Virus record (IMG/VR): IMGVR_UViG_3300042356_001581
DNA: 64,000 bases
Reading direction: 5' to 3' (one strand)
From: an uncultured virus (IMG/VR IMGVR_UViG_3300042356_001581)
Taxonomy: Duplodnaviria; Heunggongvirae; Uroviricota; Caudoviricetes
Within the stretch, counting starts at the first letter, position 1, and the number at the start of each line of letters is the position of its first letter. The notes beneath the pieces are model-generated. The model saw nothing but the letters and a program-made list of their open reading frames with translations. It was not told where the DNA came from and did no database searches. Shown here one piece after another: positions 43,877-53,839 of the stretch. The position numbers were made by a program, and so were the translations under genes.

Positions 43877-44137
43877 CTAAAAACCTAAATTGGCTTCGGC
43901 AAAAGCGATAAACGTGCTTGGCGTAAAAACCGTATCAGTTAAATCAACGCAACTTGATAAAGGTTTGTTAAAAACTGATGTAAAGTTAGCTAAATATTTA
44001 TTAAAAATTGAAGCAGTGGGCGTTGCGTTTGACAAAGCTAATGTATCAATAGCACACGCATCTTTTGGTATTACCAAAATAACTACGCCATCTTTTGATA
44101 TTTGCAAACTACCGAAAACTATTTCTAATTTATTCAT
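43877..44137 (-). CDS. stand-alone copy of the fibre N-terminal domain
   Basis: KLEIV.GSLQ.S..G..ILV.PK..CAID.LAL...FIAFAE.NLGF. Confidence 0.8.
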   Translation of the reverse strand: MNKLEIVFGSLQISKDGVVILVIPKDACAIDTLALSNATPTASIFNKYLANFTSVFNKPLSSCVDLTDTVFTPSTFIAFAEANLGF

Positions 44138-44149
44138 AATATTTTATTT

Positions 44150-45298
44150 TTATATAACTATACATACTGCGTTACCTATTCTGTATATTGAACCACTTGG
44201 TAAACCAGCATTAGAACTAGGAATATTTTTAATAGAAAGATTGTTTACAAATGTTGTACAAGCTCTGTCGGCAGTAATATCACTTCCTACAATCATAGCA
44301 TTAAGACAAGTGTTTGTGTTATTGTTTTCTCCTCCTAATATTGCAGACTTTTCTCCAGAAGCAATATTGTATGTTCCTCCCCCAACTGTTGACCACACAC
44401 CAGAAGCAACGTTATACGCACCTCCACCAAGTGTTGACCAAGAATTAGTAGCACTATTGGTATAACCACCTCCTACTGTTGAAAAAGCACTAGAAGAAAT
44501 ATTACCTTTACCACCTCCTACTGTTGAACAAGTACTAGAAGCAGTATTAACATACCCACCACCAACTGTTGAACTATTACCAGAAGCAGTATTACAATAT
44601 CCACCTCCTACTGTTGAAAAAGAAGAAGAAGAAGTATTAGTTTTACCACCACCAACTGTTGAATAATCATTAGAAGCAGTATTACAAAAACCACCACCTA
44701 CTGTTGAACTAGAGCAAGAAGCAAGATTGTTAACACCCCCACCAATTGTTGAAAAATAACCCGAAGCATTGTTATTATTACCCCCACCTATTGTTGAATA
44801 ATCATTAGAAGCAATATTATCTCTACCACCGCCAATTGTTGAAGCATAAGCAGAAGCAGTATTATTTCTACCACCACCAACTATTGAAAATAAATCCGAA
44901 GCAGTATTACAAAAACCACCGCCAATTGTTGAATAATCATTAGAAGCAGTATTACAAAAACCACCACCTACTGTTGTAACAAGAGAAGAAGCGGTGTTAT
45001 TTCGACCACCGCCAACTGTTGAACAATTACCAGAAGCAGTATTACTTAGACCACCACCAATTGTTGAGTAAACACCCGAAGCATTATTACTGCCCAAACA
45101 AGGCTCTATACCACTTGCATTAGTATCATACTTAAACGGACTATTTCCGCCACCGCCAACAAAATCAGATAGTGGTTGAATATTACCCATTACATCTTTT
45201 ACCTTCATTTCCCCAGTAACACCATCAACAAAAACCGCCAAACTATTACCGTTTGGACTTGTGATATTATTTTGACCAGAAGTCTTTACATTTCCCAT
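44150..45298 (-). CDS. fibre/spike protein with 14-aa repeats
   Basis: STVGGG..N.AS repeats; distinct N-domain. Confidence 0.8.
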   Translation of the reverse strand: MGNVKTSGQNNITSPNGNSLAVFVDGVTGEMKVKDVMGNIQPLSDFVGGGGNSPFKYDTNASGIEPCLGSNNASGVYSTIGGGLSNTASGNCSTVGGGRNNTASSLVTTVGGGFCNTASNDYSTIGGGFCNTASDLFSIVGGGRNNTASAYASTIGGGRDNIASNDYSTIGGGNNNNASGYFSTIGGGVNNLASCSSSTVGGGFCNTASNDYSTVGGGKTNTSSSSFSTVGGGYCNTASGNSSTVGGGYVNTASSTCSTVGGGKGNISSSAFSTVGGGYTNSATNSWSTLGGGAYNVASGVWSTVGGGTYNIASGEKSAILGGENNNTNTCLNAMIVGSDITADRACTTFVNNLSIKNIPSSNAGLPSGSIYRIGNAVCIVI

Positions 45299-45332
45299 TT
45301 TATTTTATTTTTTAATTTTTAATTTTTAATTT

Positions 45333-47033
45333 TTAATATATTTTATTCAATACAAAATTTCTTGACAATATTGAATTACTTGCGCTATTACTGTTCCATT
45401 GTGCGGTTACAACTAAAGTATTATTAACCGTTGTGTCGAATGTAGTATTGTTTAAAGAGCTTAAAACATATCCATCAAAATTATTTGAACCATTTTTTAC
45501 ATAAGAAAAAACTCCACCAGAAGATATAGATGCCACTCCAGAAGTTCCTAATGTTCTTATTGTAAATTGCAAAGATAATGTCCACGCTTTTGAAGTTGTA
45601 ACATCTAAATCAATAATTCCACTATCAACAAGCACTACTCCTAATGATGTCTTTACTTTTATTTGTATTGTAGCACTCCCTAAACAAGATAGTATTCCAT
45701 CAAAAAATGCGTTAAAACTATCTCCTACTTGAAATGCGTTTGCTGGTACACTTAATGTGCCAACTCCAACGCCTATTAAAGATGATTCAACTGTTGTAGC
45801 GGTTACTGGAACACTATCTGTTGTTTGAGCAAATAATCCAGTGTTTACTGTACTAGCATTTATATTTGAATTTTCAAGAACTTTATTAGCACCTACTGAT
45901 ACAAGGCATCCAACTGTTAAATTATCTGCCGATGCACAATTCATAAATGTAGTACAAGCTTGGGTAGCGCATAAATTAGAACCTACAATCATTGCGTTTG
46001 CAAAATTGCAAATATTGTTATACTTACCTCCTAAAATAGCTGAATAACTACCAGAAGCGTTATTATTTTTACCACCTCCGATTGTTGAATTATCGCTAGA
46101 AGAAATATTACTTTTACCACCTCCAATAGTTGAATAACTTACAGAAGCAGTATTGCAATAACCCCCTCCAATTGTTGAAGAATAACCCAAAGCAGTATTG
46201 CCAAAACCCCCTCCAATTGTTGAACAAATACCAGAAGCATTGTTACCTTGACCTCCGCCAACTGTTGAACTATAACTAGAAGCATTGTTGCCATTACCTC
46301 CGCCAACTGTTGAAAAATAATCAGTAGCATTGTTGCCATTACCCCCACCAATTGTTGCCCAACAATTAGTAGCAGTATTAAAATAGCCACCGCCAACTGC
46401 TGACCAACCTCCAGAAGCAGTATTTGAAGAACCTCCTCCAATTGTTGACCAACCTCCAGAAGCAGTATTTGAAGAACCTCCGCCAACTGTTGAACAACCC
46501 CCTAAAGCAAAATTGGCATTACCTCCGCCAATCGTTGAAGCAAAATTAGCAGAATTATTGTTAACACCCCCACCAATTGTTGAATAATAATTATTAGCAT
46601 TGTTGTCTCGACCACCGCCAACTGTTGAACAAGGGTAACAAGCAATATTGCCACTACCCCCACCAATTGTTGAGTAAACCCCCGAAGCATTATTACTGCC
46701 CAAACAAGGTTCAATGCCACTTGCATTAGTATCATACCTAAAAGGGCTACTTCCGCCACCCCCACCGCTAGTATCAAAACCAAGATTAGTTTCGGCAAAA
46801 GCGATAAAACTATTAACAGTGAAAGGCGTTGAAGTGCCATCTTCACAATTTGCTAAAGGTTGCTTAAAAACATTTGTTGAATTTCCTAAATACTTATTGT
46901 AAATAACGATAAATGGTGTTGCATCATACAAGGCTAAAACATCAATTGCACACGAATTTTTTGGCGCAACTAATATTATAGACCCATTATATGACACTTG
47001 TAAACTTCCGTTTACTATTTCTAATTTTATCAT
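45333..47033 (-). CDS. fibre/spike protein with 14-aa repeats and a C-terminal beta-rich domain
   Basis: Repeats as above; 5' end nearly duplicates 43277-43856 (offset 3177 bp). Confidence 0.8.
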   Translation of the reverse strand: MIKLEIVNGSLQVSYNGSIILVAPKNSCAIDVLALYDATPFIVIYNKYLGNSTNVFKQPLANCEDGTSTPFTVNSFIAFAETNLGFDTSGGGGGSSPFRYDTNASGIEPCLGSNNASGVYSTIGGGSGNIACYPCSTVGGGRDNNANNYYSTIGGGVNNNSANFASTIGGGNANFALGGCSTVGGGSSNTASGGWSTIGGGSSNTASGGWSAVGGGYFNTATNCWATIGGGNGNNATDYFSTVGGGNGNNASSYSSTVGGGQGNNASGICSTIGGGFGNTALGYSSTIGGGYCNTASVSYSTIGGGKSNISSSDNSTIGGGKNNNASGSYSAILGGKYNNICNFANAMIVGSNLCATQACTTFMNCASADNLTVGCLVSVGANKVLENSNINASTVNTGLFAQTTDSVPVTATTVESSLIGVGVGTLSVPANAFQVGDSFNAFFDGILSCLGSATIQIKVKTSLGVVLVDSGIIDLDVTTSKAWTLSLQFTIRTLGTSGVASISSGGVFSYVKNGSNNFDGYVLSSLNNTTFDTTVNNTLVVTAQWNSNSASNSILSRNFVLNKIY

Positions 47034-47043
47034 AATATTTTTT

Positions 47044-47349
47044 TTATATTTTCCAAAACTTTAGCACTAATCCCCATATAAAAGAAAGCACCAATCCACC
47101 GCCTACTAATCTTGACTTAAATTCTTTATCTCTTTCAATATATGCGGTATGCTCATCGACTTTTTCAATTAAACCTGTTTGACCATACGTTTTATCTCCG
47201 ATTACAGTTTGATTTAATTTCTCTAAAGATGTATTAACTTCTTGTATTTTTAAACTCATAGAAGCTATATTTTCTTTAATCCATTCTATATCGGAAGCAC
47301 TAACTTCAACTCTGTCTTTTTTAATCGGTGATTTTCTTTGTAATGCCAT
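47044..47349 (-). CDS. coiled-coil protein with C-terminal TM
   Basis: Heptad pattern followed by GGGLVLSFIWGLVLKFW. Confidence 0.65.
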   Translation of the reverse strand: MALQRKSPIKKDRVEVSASDIEWIKENIASMSLKIQEVNTSLEKLNQTVIGDKTYGQTGLIEKVDEHTAYIERDKEFKSRLVGGGLVLSFIWGLVLKFWKI

Positions 47350-47374
47350 ATTATTATATTATTATATTATCATA

Positions 47375-47770
47375 TTATAACCCTAATTCTGCTAACTGTT
47401 TGCCAAGAAGGATGTTTTTACCGCTTTTGAATTGATTATAAAAAGCCAAGCCAACCGTTTCTTTATGTTTCATTATAAAGCAATTAACTTTAGATACCTC
47501 ACAACCTGATTCTTGAGCAAACATTCCCAATGTTTTTTTTAGGAAAGGAGAGGCTAATCCCTCATATCCTAAAAAATCTATTTTTTTATCCATTATATTT
47601 AAAAAAGTAACACTCTCAACGTCTTTAAAATTGTTGCACATAGTATAGAAAACATTTCCGTTTTCATCATCAGTTACTTTAATTTGAACATTATCATTTG
47701 ACGTTCCGTATACTTGTGCATATTTATTAATTCCCGTCATCATAATTTTTTTAACAATTCCCTCAATCAT
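47375..47770 (-). CDS. hypothetical protein
   Basis: ORF only. Confidence 0.65.
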   Translation of the reverse strand: MIEGIVKKIMMTGINKYAQVYGTSNDNVQIKVTDDENGNVFYTMCNNFKDVESVTFLNIMDKKIDFLGYEGLASPFLKKTLGMFAQESGCEVSKVNCFIMKHKETVGLAFYNQFKSGKNILLGKQLAELGL

Positions 47771-47883
47771 AGTGTTTTAGTTTATATAGTTTCTTGTGTC
47801 AAAAATAGTTAAATAATTTATTTTTTTTAATAAAAAATTTATTTTTTATTATTTTATACTTAATTTTACTTATAAATTGCTAG

Positions 47884-49302
47884 TTATTTTTTTCTTGTAA
47901 CAAGAATACCTACTACTGTTAAAAAAACCATTCCAGCTATAAATATCCTTACATTTCTTTGATATTTCGATTCGGCTTCTATTCTTGTTTTGTCGTAACT
48001 CGAATAAGTATTAAAAACATCTTTTACCGTTTCATTTGCTTTTGCGTTTAATAAATCAACGCATTTGAAATTAGCCATTAATGCTTTAAAATTTTTGTCG
48101 TTAGGGTTTTGCTGTAACTTATATTGATAATAAGAGCAGTTTTCTAATTCCTTATCAGCACCGCACCCAAAATCTTTATATAACTTTACCGAACCTGTAT
48201 TTCCTAATAATCCGCATTTATTATAATCCATATTCTAACTTTTTTTTATTAGTCTAAACAACTTTTGGTTTTTAAATACAAAATACCTTATTCTTGTTAA
48301 ACCACCAATAATTACTATCTTACTTAATATTGTAACCTACAAATAAGATGAAATAGTAGTCATTAATTAACCTTTGCTACTTGTTAATATTCCCACACTT
48401 AAAACTAAAACCAAAGCCCCTATTCCTAAATAAATATTTTGATTCTTTTGACTTTTCCCTAAAACACTTATTTCTTGGCTAATAGCACCTAAAGTTGTGG
48501 TTTTACCAAAATCTAAAAATCTTTGTTTTGTTATTTTATCTCTACAACTATTAAACCTAAAATAATCTTCTAATATTTCTTTGTACCAAGTTAAAACTTG
48601 TCTATGGTCTTCGTTAGGCGCAGTTCTTGTTTGTTCCGCAATTCTATCCGTTATTCTTTTTAGTGCCGAATCTAACTCCACACAATCGTCTGAAGCTATT
48701 CGTATATCCTTACCTGATGGATAAGGTGTACTCCAAAAATAAGGATTACTTTCATTAGAGGCATAACGCCAATAATTTTTGCCTTTAAATGGAATATAAT
48801 CGTATGAGCAAGGGTTATTTTCTCCTGTTTTATATTGACAACTATCGACCTTGTTAAACGAAACTCCCGATTTGTCTTTGCCAAACATTTCATCGCCAAT
48901 TCCTTTCGTTCTTTTTTCAAAACCAAAGTTTCCGCTACTAATTTTTGAAAGTTCTGCTCCAACAATTTTTTCAAAAACTCCTTTGGTATTCATATCAGAA
49001 AAAAAGCGTTCAAGATTATAAAATTGTTGATTACTTATAATTAGCGGTTTTTGTGTTAGTAATTGCTTTTTCAGCTCAATGAGCGATTGATTTTTATCTA
49101 AATTATCATATCCGTATTGAGCAACAATTCCCCATATTTTACGATGTTCAGGTTTATCATATTTAAGAACATATCCCTCACCTTTTAACTCTTCTATTTG
49201 AGCTTCGGCAATTGTCGGCTTGTTTTTATTTAATAAATAATACCCTATTAAGCCAATACCGCCAATAGCACCAATAACACCAAATGTCTTTAAAGCACTC
49301 AT
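47884..49302 (-). CDS. two membrane proteins (47884-48231 with C-terminal TM; 48367-49302 with N- and C-terminal TM)
   Basis: Terminal hydrophobic helices with Lys flanks. Confidence 0.7.
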
Positions 49303-49311
49303 ATTTTTAAA

Positions 49312-49875
49312 TTATTTAATTCCTAAAAATTCAAATATTCTAGGGTATTTTGCTTTAATTTTTTCGTAAGCAGTTCCTAGTTTATAATCTTCAATTAAGT
49401 CAATAGAATAATTGAATTTTTGCTTATCAAAATTCAAGCTCGTGGGTATTCCAAGAAAAACAACATTAATTTTTCCAGAAACCGCTATGTCAATTGGTTT
49501 TCTTTCTAAAACGTCTTTTGCAAAGGGTATAATTGCAACTTTTGATTTTTGAACATCTATTTCTCCAAGCCCTATTACTTCAAAAGTTGAATTAGGTTGA
49601 ACTGTAATAGGTTGTGCCGATTTTGTATTAGCAAATGGAACGTCTTTATAAAATAATACTAAATCATAGTCCTTAACTAAAACTTTAAAAGAAGACTTGT
49701 TAGTGATGCTAAAAACAGCAGAGACGTTAATTACACCTTGTTTGGTTTGAGGCAAAATTTTAAAATCTTTCAAAGCGTACTGGTAGCTTAAAGCCAACTC
49801 AATTTGATATTTAAAATATCTATATAATCCAAACCCTGCAAGGGCTATTCCTCCAAATAAAAAAACTTTTTTCAT
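49312..49875 (-). CDS. membrane-anchored LEA_2/WHy-like protein
   Basis: N-terminal TM; FSITNKSSFKVLVKDYDLVLFYKDVPFA...ITVQPNSTFEV pattern. Confidence 0.6.
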   Translation of the reverse strand: MKKVFLFGGIALAGFGLYRYFKYQIELALSYQYALKDFKILPQTKQGVINVSAVFSITNKSSFKVLVKDYDLVLFYKDVPFANTKSAQPITVQPNSTFEVIGLGEIDVQKSKVAIIPFAKDVLERKPIDIAVSGKINVVFLGIPTSLNFDKQKFNYSIDLIEDYKLGTAYEKIKAKYPRIFEFLGIK

Positions 49876-49877
49876 TA

Positions 49878-50652
49878 CTATTTTCTATTTTTAACTAATA
49901 ATTTAATACTTACTAAAATTAATATAGCACCAGCTCCAACAATAAAATATCTAATTATATCTTTTTTCTTAGTCACTTCATCATCTGCTTTTTCTGCTTC
50001 ATAATTAAGCTTATTTACCAAATCATTATATCTTAAAATCTCATCAGCATCATATACTATTCCTGCTTTAGAACCTATATTTGTATAAGCCATAATTAAC
50101 TATTTTTTTGATTTACAAATTGAGATGTGTCTAAATACTCGTCAACTAAACCATTTTTTAAAAGCTGTAAATTTTCGTATGATAATTTACCGCCTCTATT
50201 TACAGTTCCGAACTTAACACCCCATCCTCCAGAAATTAAAAATTGTGAATCTCCGTAAATATTTACTATTCTGCCGAAAGGCATTTCAACAGTAGCAAAT
50301 CCATTTTCAAAATCCACACTTAAAACTTTTATGTTTGGCTTCCAAACATTATTTATAAAAAAGAAATAAGCACCCCCCAAAGCGGTTATTACAGTTGCTA
50401 CTGCAACTACTTTTAAAACAATTTTGCTTTGATTTTGAAAAGCTGTGGTTGTATTAATCGCCATTTTTATTTTATTTTTTTATTAAAAAATGCCTTGTAA
50501 ATTACATACACTCCAACAAGGCTCACAATTCCAATCATAACATAATTTGGCTTTGGCTTTTTTATTACTATTTTAGAATCAGGCGTTGTGCCACCCTCAA
50601 CGTAGCTTTTAGTACTGTTGGATGTTGCACTTGAAATTTTATCTTCTAGCAT
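49878..50652 (-). CDS. three small membrane proteins (49878-50093, 50096-50464, 50467-50652)
   Basis: One TM each. Confidence 0.7.
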
Positions 50653-50656
50653 TTTT

Positions 50657-51220
50657 TTATTTATCTAGTGTTACAGTGTCTTCTCTTACAAAAATTACCT
50701 CTGAATATTCAGGCAAGAATACACGAGTTAAAAAGGCTTTATTTCTATTCATTTCATCTAAAGTAATTTGTGCAGGTTTAATTTTAAACCACTTATACAC
50801 TTTGCCTTCGGAGTTGGTTAATTTGCCTTTATCTTCAACTACTTGCATAACCTTTCCTAAGAGAGTTCCTTTGTTACTTATAGTTGACATAATGTTATTT
50901 ACAATTCCGTTATTTACATAACTATCATTTCTAACTTTAACATCATCTAATTTAGTATAAATTGGTTTATTTATTAACGCAACAGTTGCTTCAGATGAAG
51001 TTTTCTTTAAAATTTCAGCTAATGCACTAGGTATAACAACTTGATTTTTGTCTATTACTTGTCCAGTAGAAGTAACCGCAACCCCCTTATTAGGGTCAGT
51101 ATTTTCCGAACCCTCACTTGAACTAGGTAAAGGTTTTTTCTTTGTAATAATGACGTAAGCAACTAAAGCACCTACTATTGCCAAGCCTGAATATAAATAT
51201 AATTTTTTATCGCTGTTCAT
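50657..51220 (-). CDS. membrane-anchored protein with a possible SH3-like domain
   Basis: Probable start MNSDKK (51220); TM plus KKK; VKVRND...LLGKV...WFKI. Confidence 0.55.
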   Translation of the reverse strand: MNSDKKLYLYSGLAIVGALVAYVIITKKKPLPSSSEGSENTDPNKGVAVTSTGQVIDKNQVVIPSALAEILKKTSSEATVALINKPIYTKLDDVKVRNDSYVNNGIVNNIMSTISNKGTLLGKVMQVVEDKGKLTNSEGKVYKWFKIKPAQITLDEMNRNKAFLTRVFLPEYSEVIFVREDTVTLDK

Positions 51221-51224
51221 AATT

Positions 51225-51389
51225 TTATTTTTTAGCGTTATCAATGTTTTTAATTACCAAATCAAAGTCTGATTTTAATTTTGCATCAGTATTTATATCT
51301 TTTATACTTGCCTTTTTTATTGCTAAATAAAGCACCCCTATAACTATTATAGAAGTAGTTACTATTAGTACAGTTTTATTATTTTTCAT
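51225..51389 (-). CDS. small membrane protein (54 aa, not in the ORF track)
   Basis: MKNNKTVLIVTTSIIVIGVLYLAIKK... Confidence 0.7.
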   Translation of the reverse strand: MKNNKTVLIVTTSIIVIGVLYLAIKKASIKDINTDAKLKSDFDLVIKNIDNAKK

Positions 51390-51395
51390 AATTGA

Positions 51396-51824
51396 TTATT
51401 GTTTTACAGATTTATAAATATAAATTCCTCCATAAATAACACTACCAATCAAAATAATATTTATTATTTTTTTTACGTTATCTCCTTGAAAAACAGAAGA
51501 AACTCCAGATAGAGTTCCCGCTAATACATCACTTGCCGTACCATAAGTTGAGAGAATTGGTGAAAATACACCTGCGTTAGCGTAAGGAGCTAATCCATTT
51601 TTATTTACATATTCTCTAAAATTAGAGTTAAATGTACGGCAGTCAAGATTAGAACTCAAACTTCCTGATTTTGCATACGCATAATCCCAAAGTTCCTTAG
51701 CTGTTTCTTTACCGAAATGCTCGGATAACTTTTTGTGCCAAGTAATCCAATCTTCACAATTCCAAAAAGAATCAACGCCCCATTGGTCATAGTCAGGTAC
51801 GGTATCCCATTTTATCTGCGCCAT
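51396..51824 (-). CDS. membrane protein with C-terminal TM
   Basis: Trp/Cys-rich N-domain; IILIGSVIYGGIYIYK. Confidence 0.7.
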   Translation of the reverse strand: MAQIKWDTVPDYDQWGVDSFWNCEDWITWHKKLSEHFGKETAKELWDYAYAKSGSLSSNLDCRTFNSNFREYVNKNGLAPYANAGVFSPILSTYGTASDVLAGTLSGVSSVFQGDNVKKIINIILIGSVIYGGIYIYKSVKQ

Positions 51825-52024
51825 AATATTAATTTTTATATAAATTTAACTAAAATCAATTTTGGTAACAATGTAATGCTAAAATGCTTAACAAAGCTAC
51901 GTTTTTTTTATAATCACTATTTACTTTTTTATCAAAATAGTCCCCTAAATAGAAATACAACATCTTTAACCGAATTTGTAAATTTATTGAAATATTTTGT
52001 ATTTCAGTTATACTTATAAAAATT

Positions 52025-52498
52025 CTAACCTGAATAATCTGGAATTATTTTAATCAAATTATTAAGAGTGTCTAAAGAGTATCCATACTCTTTCAGTCTG
52101 CTAAACTGATTGTTAATATCCGCTTGTACATTATTACGAGAACTTTGTTTTTTATACTTCTTAAGTAAGCCCATATTACTTATTATATCATCTCTTAATT
52201 TTTGAATTGCTATAATATCTGTATTAGTTAATGTTTTTACAATTGGCTCTTTTAAAAGTTCACCTGTTACTTTATCTCTTGTTTGCACAACTGTATTATC
52301 CGCAGGAATCGAACCTGAATTATCTGTTGAACTAGCATTTCCAGCACCTGCTGAATTTGTACCACTTGTACCACCTTCGCCAACTATGTCGCCTAATGCA
52401 CCTATACCTTTGTCTATTGCTTTTGTTTTGAAGTAAATAAAAGCTCCAACGCCTAATAAGGCAAGACTTCCTACTATTACTACTGTCTTATTTATCAT
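52025..52498 (-). CDS. membrane-anchored protein carrying one copy of the repeat domain of 20566..22392
   Basis: IQKLRDDII.N...NNVQADINNQ..RLKEYGYSLD..NNLI. Confidence 0.8.
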   Translation of the reverse strand: MINKTVVIVGSLALLGVGAFIYFKTKAIDKGIGALGDIVGEGGTSGTNSAGAGNASSTDNSGSIPADNTVVQTRDKVTGELLKEPIVKTLTNTDIIAIQKLRDDIISNMGLLKKYKKQSSRNNVQADINNQFSRLKEYGYSLDTLNNLIKIIPDYSG

Positions 52499-52499
52499 A

Positions 52500-52820
52500 T
52501 TATTTTTTTATAAATTGGTTATACTTATTTATAGACGTTTCTGTAACTCCCATCACTCTTTTAAGCCTTGCTTCTGTTTTATCACCAAAATTACTATCAG
52601 GAACTAACGTTTTTAATGCGGTTTGGAGTATTTTTACCTCCTCACCCACAGAACCTTTTTTCAAAACCTTATCATAATCGGGTTTTACAATATTAGATTG
52701 AACTGAATTATCTTGTTCATTAGCTATTTGTGCGTTTTGATTCCTTTGCTTATAAAAATAGTATAGACCTATTAATATTAGACCTGCTGAAACAATTTTT
52801 ACTTTGGTTTCGATTTTCAT
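52500..52820 (-). CDS. membrane-anchored peptidoglycan-binding-domain protein
   Basis: TM; LKKGSVGEEVKILQTAL...DSNFGDKTEARL. Confidence 0.75.
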   Translation of the reverse strand: MKIETKVKIVSAGLILIGLYYFYKQRNQNAQIANEQDNSVQSNIVKPDYDKVLKKGSVGEEVKILQTALKTLVPDSNFGDKTEARLKRVMGVTETSINKYNQFIKK

Positions 52821-52861
52821 AATTAAATTATTTGTTATGTTTCTTATTAATAAATTGGTTG

Positions 52862-53023
52862 TTAAACTTCCATTGGTGGGTTTAAATGACTTCCCTCTTC
52901 TTCTTGTGCAACATCTTCATTTCTTATGTTGAAATTCACATTTCCGATTTTAATTTTACTATAAAGCAAATATACTCCAACGCCAATTAAAACCGCACCT
53001 ACTATATAATAACCTTTACCCAT
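52862..53023 (-). CDS. small membrane protein (53 aa, not in the ORF track)
   Basis: MGKGYYIVGAVLIGVGVYLLYSKIK... Confidence 0.7.
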   Translation of the reverse strand: MGKGYYIVGAVLIGVGVYLLYSKIKIGNVNFNIRNEDVAQEEEGSHLNPPMEV

Positions 53024-53024
53024 T

Positions 53025-53357
53025 TTATAAGTCTTTTAATGCTATTTCTGTTACTCCTTTTGCTTTTTTCAAAGCAACTTCTGTTAATATTCCGAAATCT
53101 CCGTCAATACCATCTTTATTAACGCCTGTGTCGCCTAAATTAGCAGAATAATCTTTTAACAAAGCTCTTTGCAATTCCGAAACTTCTGCGCCTTTAGAGC
53201 CTTTTGAAAGCACTAAATCCTTGTTCAATTCTGGAGTGGCTTGTATTTTATCTTCAGGCTTTGGTAAAGTGCGAAGCCATTTACTAATTATGTAAATTAC
53301 TATAACTAACGTTCCGCCAATTATTAAATACTTTTTTTGTTTTGCGTCTAAAGTCAT
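53025..53357 (-). CDS. membrane-anchored peptidoglycan-binding-domain protein
   Basis: TM; LSKGSKGAEVSELQRAL...GIDGDFGILTEVALK. Confidence 0.85.
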   Translation of the reverse strand: MTLDAKQKKYLIIGGTLVIVIYIISKWLRTLPKPEDKIQATPELNKDLVLSKGSKGAEVSELQRALLKDYSANLGDTGVNKDGIDGDFGILTEVALKKAKGVTEIALKDL

Positions 53358-53416
53358 AATTTAATTTTATCTAATTACCATTTTATTTTTTTCTACGCAT
53401 CATTAGATTCACACTA

Positions 53417-53749
53417 TCAAGAAGATTGTGCGCTATATGTTTTTATGTATTCATCTTTTTGTATAAAAGTAGGCGTACCTGATGAACCGCTAGGAGAAAT
53501 ATTTTGCTTAAAAAAAGTTGTACCAGCGTTTGTATATTTCATAGGATTATTTGTAGTCAAACCCTCTAAATTTTTTGAAGCAATAAAAAATGTAGGAATA
53601 TCACTTAAATTCAATTCCTTTTTAACTAAAGGCGTTTCTGGAGCTACAACACTACTTTCAGCTACTACACTTTTATTTTTAATTTTTTTCCAAATTAAGT
53701 ACCCAGCTACTACAACTCCAGCACCTATTAATAAATTTTTGTTTTTCAT
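53417..53749 (-). CDS. membrane-anchored protein
   Basis: MKNKNLLIGAGVVVAGYLIWKK. Confidence 0.7.
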   Translation of the reverse strand: MKNKNLLIGAGVVVAGYLIWKKIKNKSVVAESSVVAPETPLVKKELNLSDIPTFFIASKNLEGLTTNNPMKYTNAGTTFFKQNISPSGSSGTPTFIQKDEYIKTYSAQSS

Positions 53750-53839
53750 AGTTTTTTTTTTAAATTATTATATTTTTTTTATCTTAAACTGCTATTAACT
53801 CTAATTAATTTTTGATAAAATAGAGACTTAAAATTAATT

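Noticed and set aside
42656..46902. Alternative-frame ORFs over the fibre genes (42656, 43325, 43890, 46139, 46502 and others)
   Set aside because: Shadow frames produced by repetitive, stop-poor codons
43277..47033. Diversity-generating retroelement TR/VR pair
   Set aside because: No reverse transcriptase in the window, both copies are coding 5' ends, and differences are not adenine-specific
42429..47033. Fibres as evidence of a tailed phage
   Set aside because: YadA-like repeat fibres do not diagnose a tail, and no tail assembly genes are recognisable nearby
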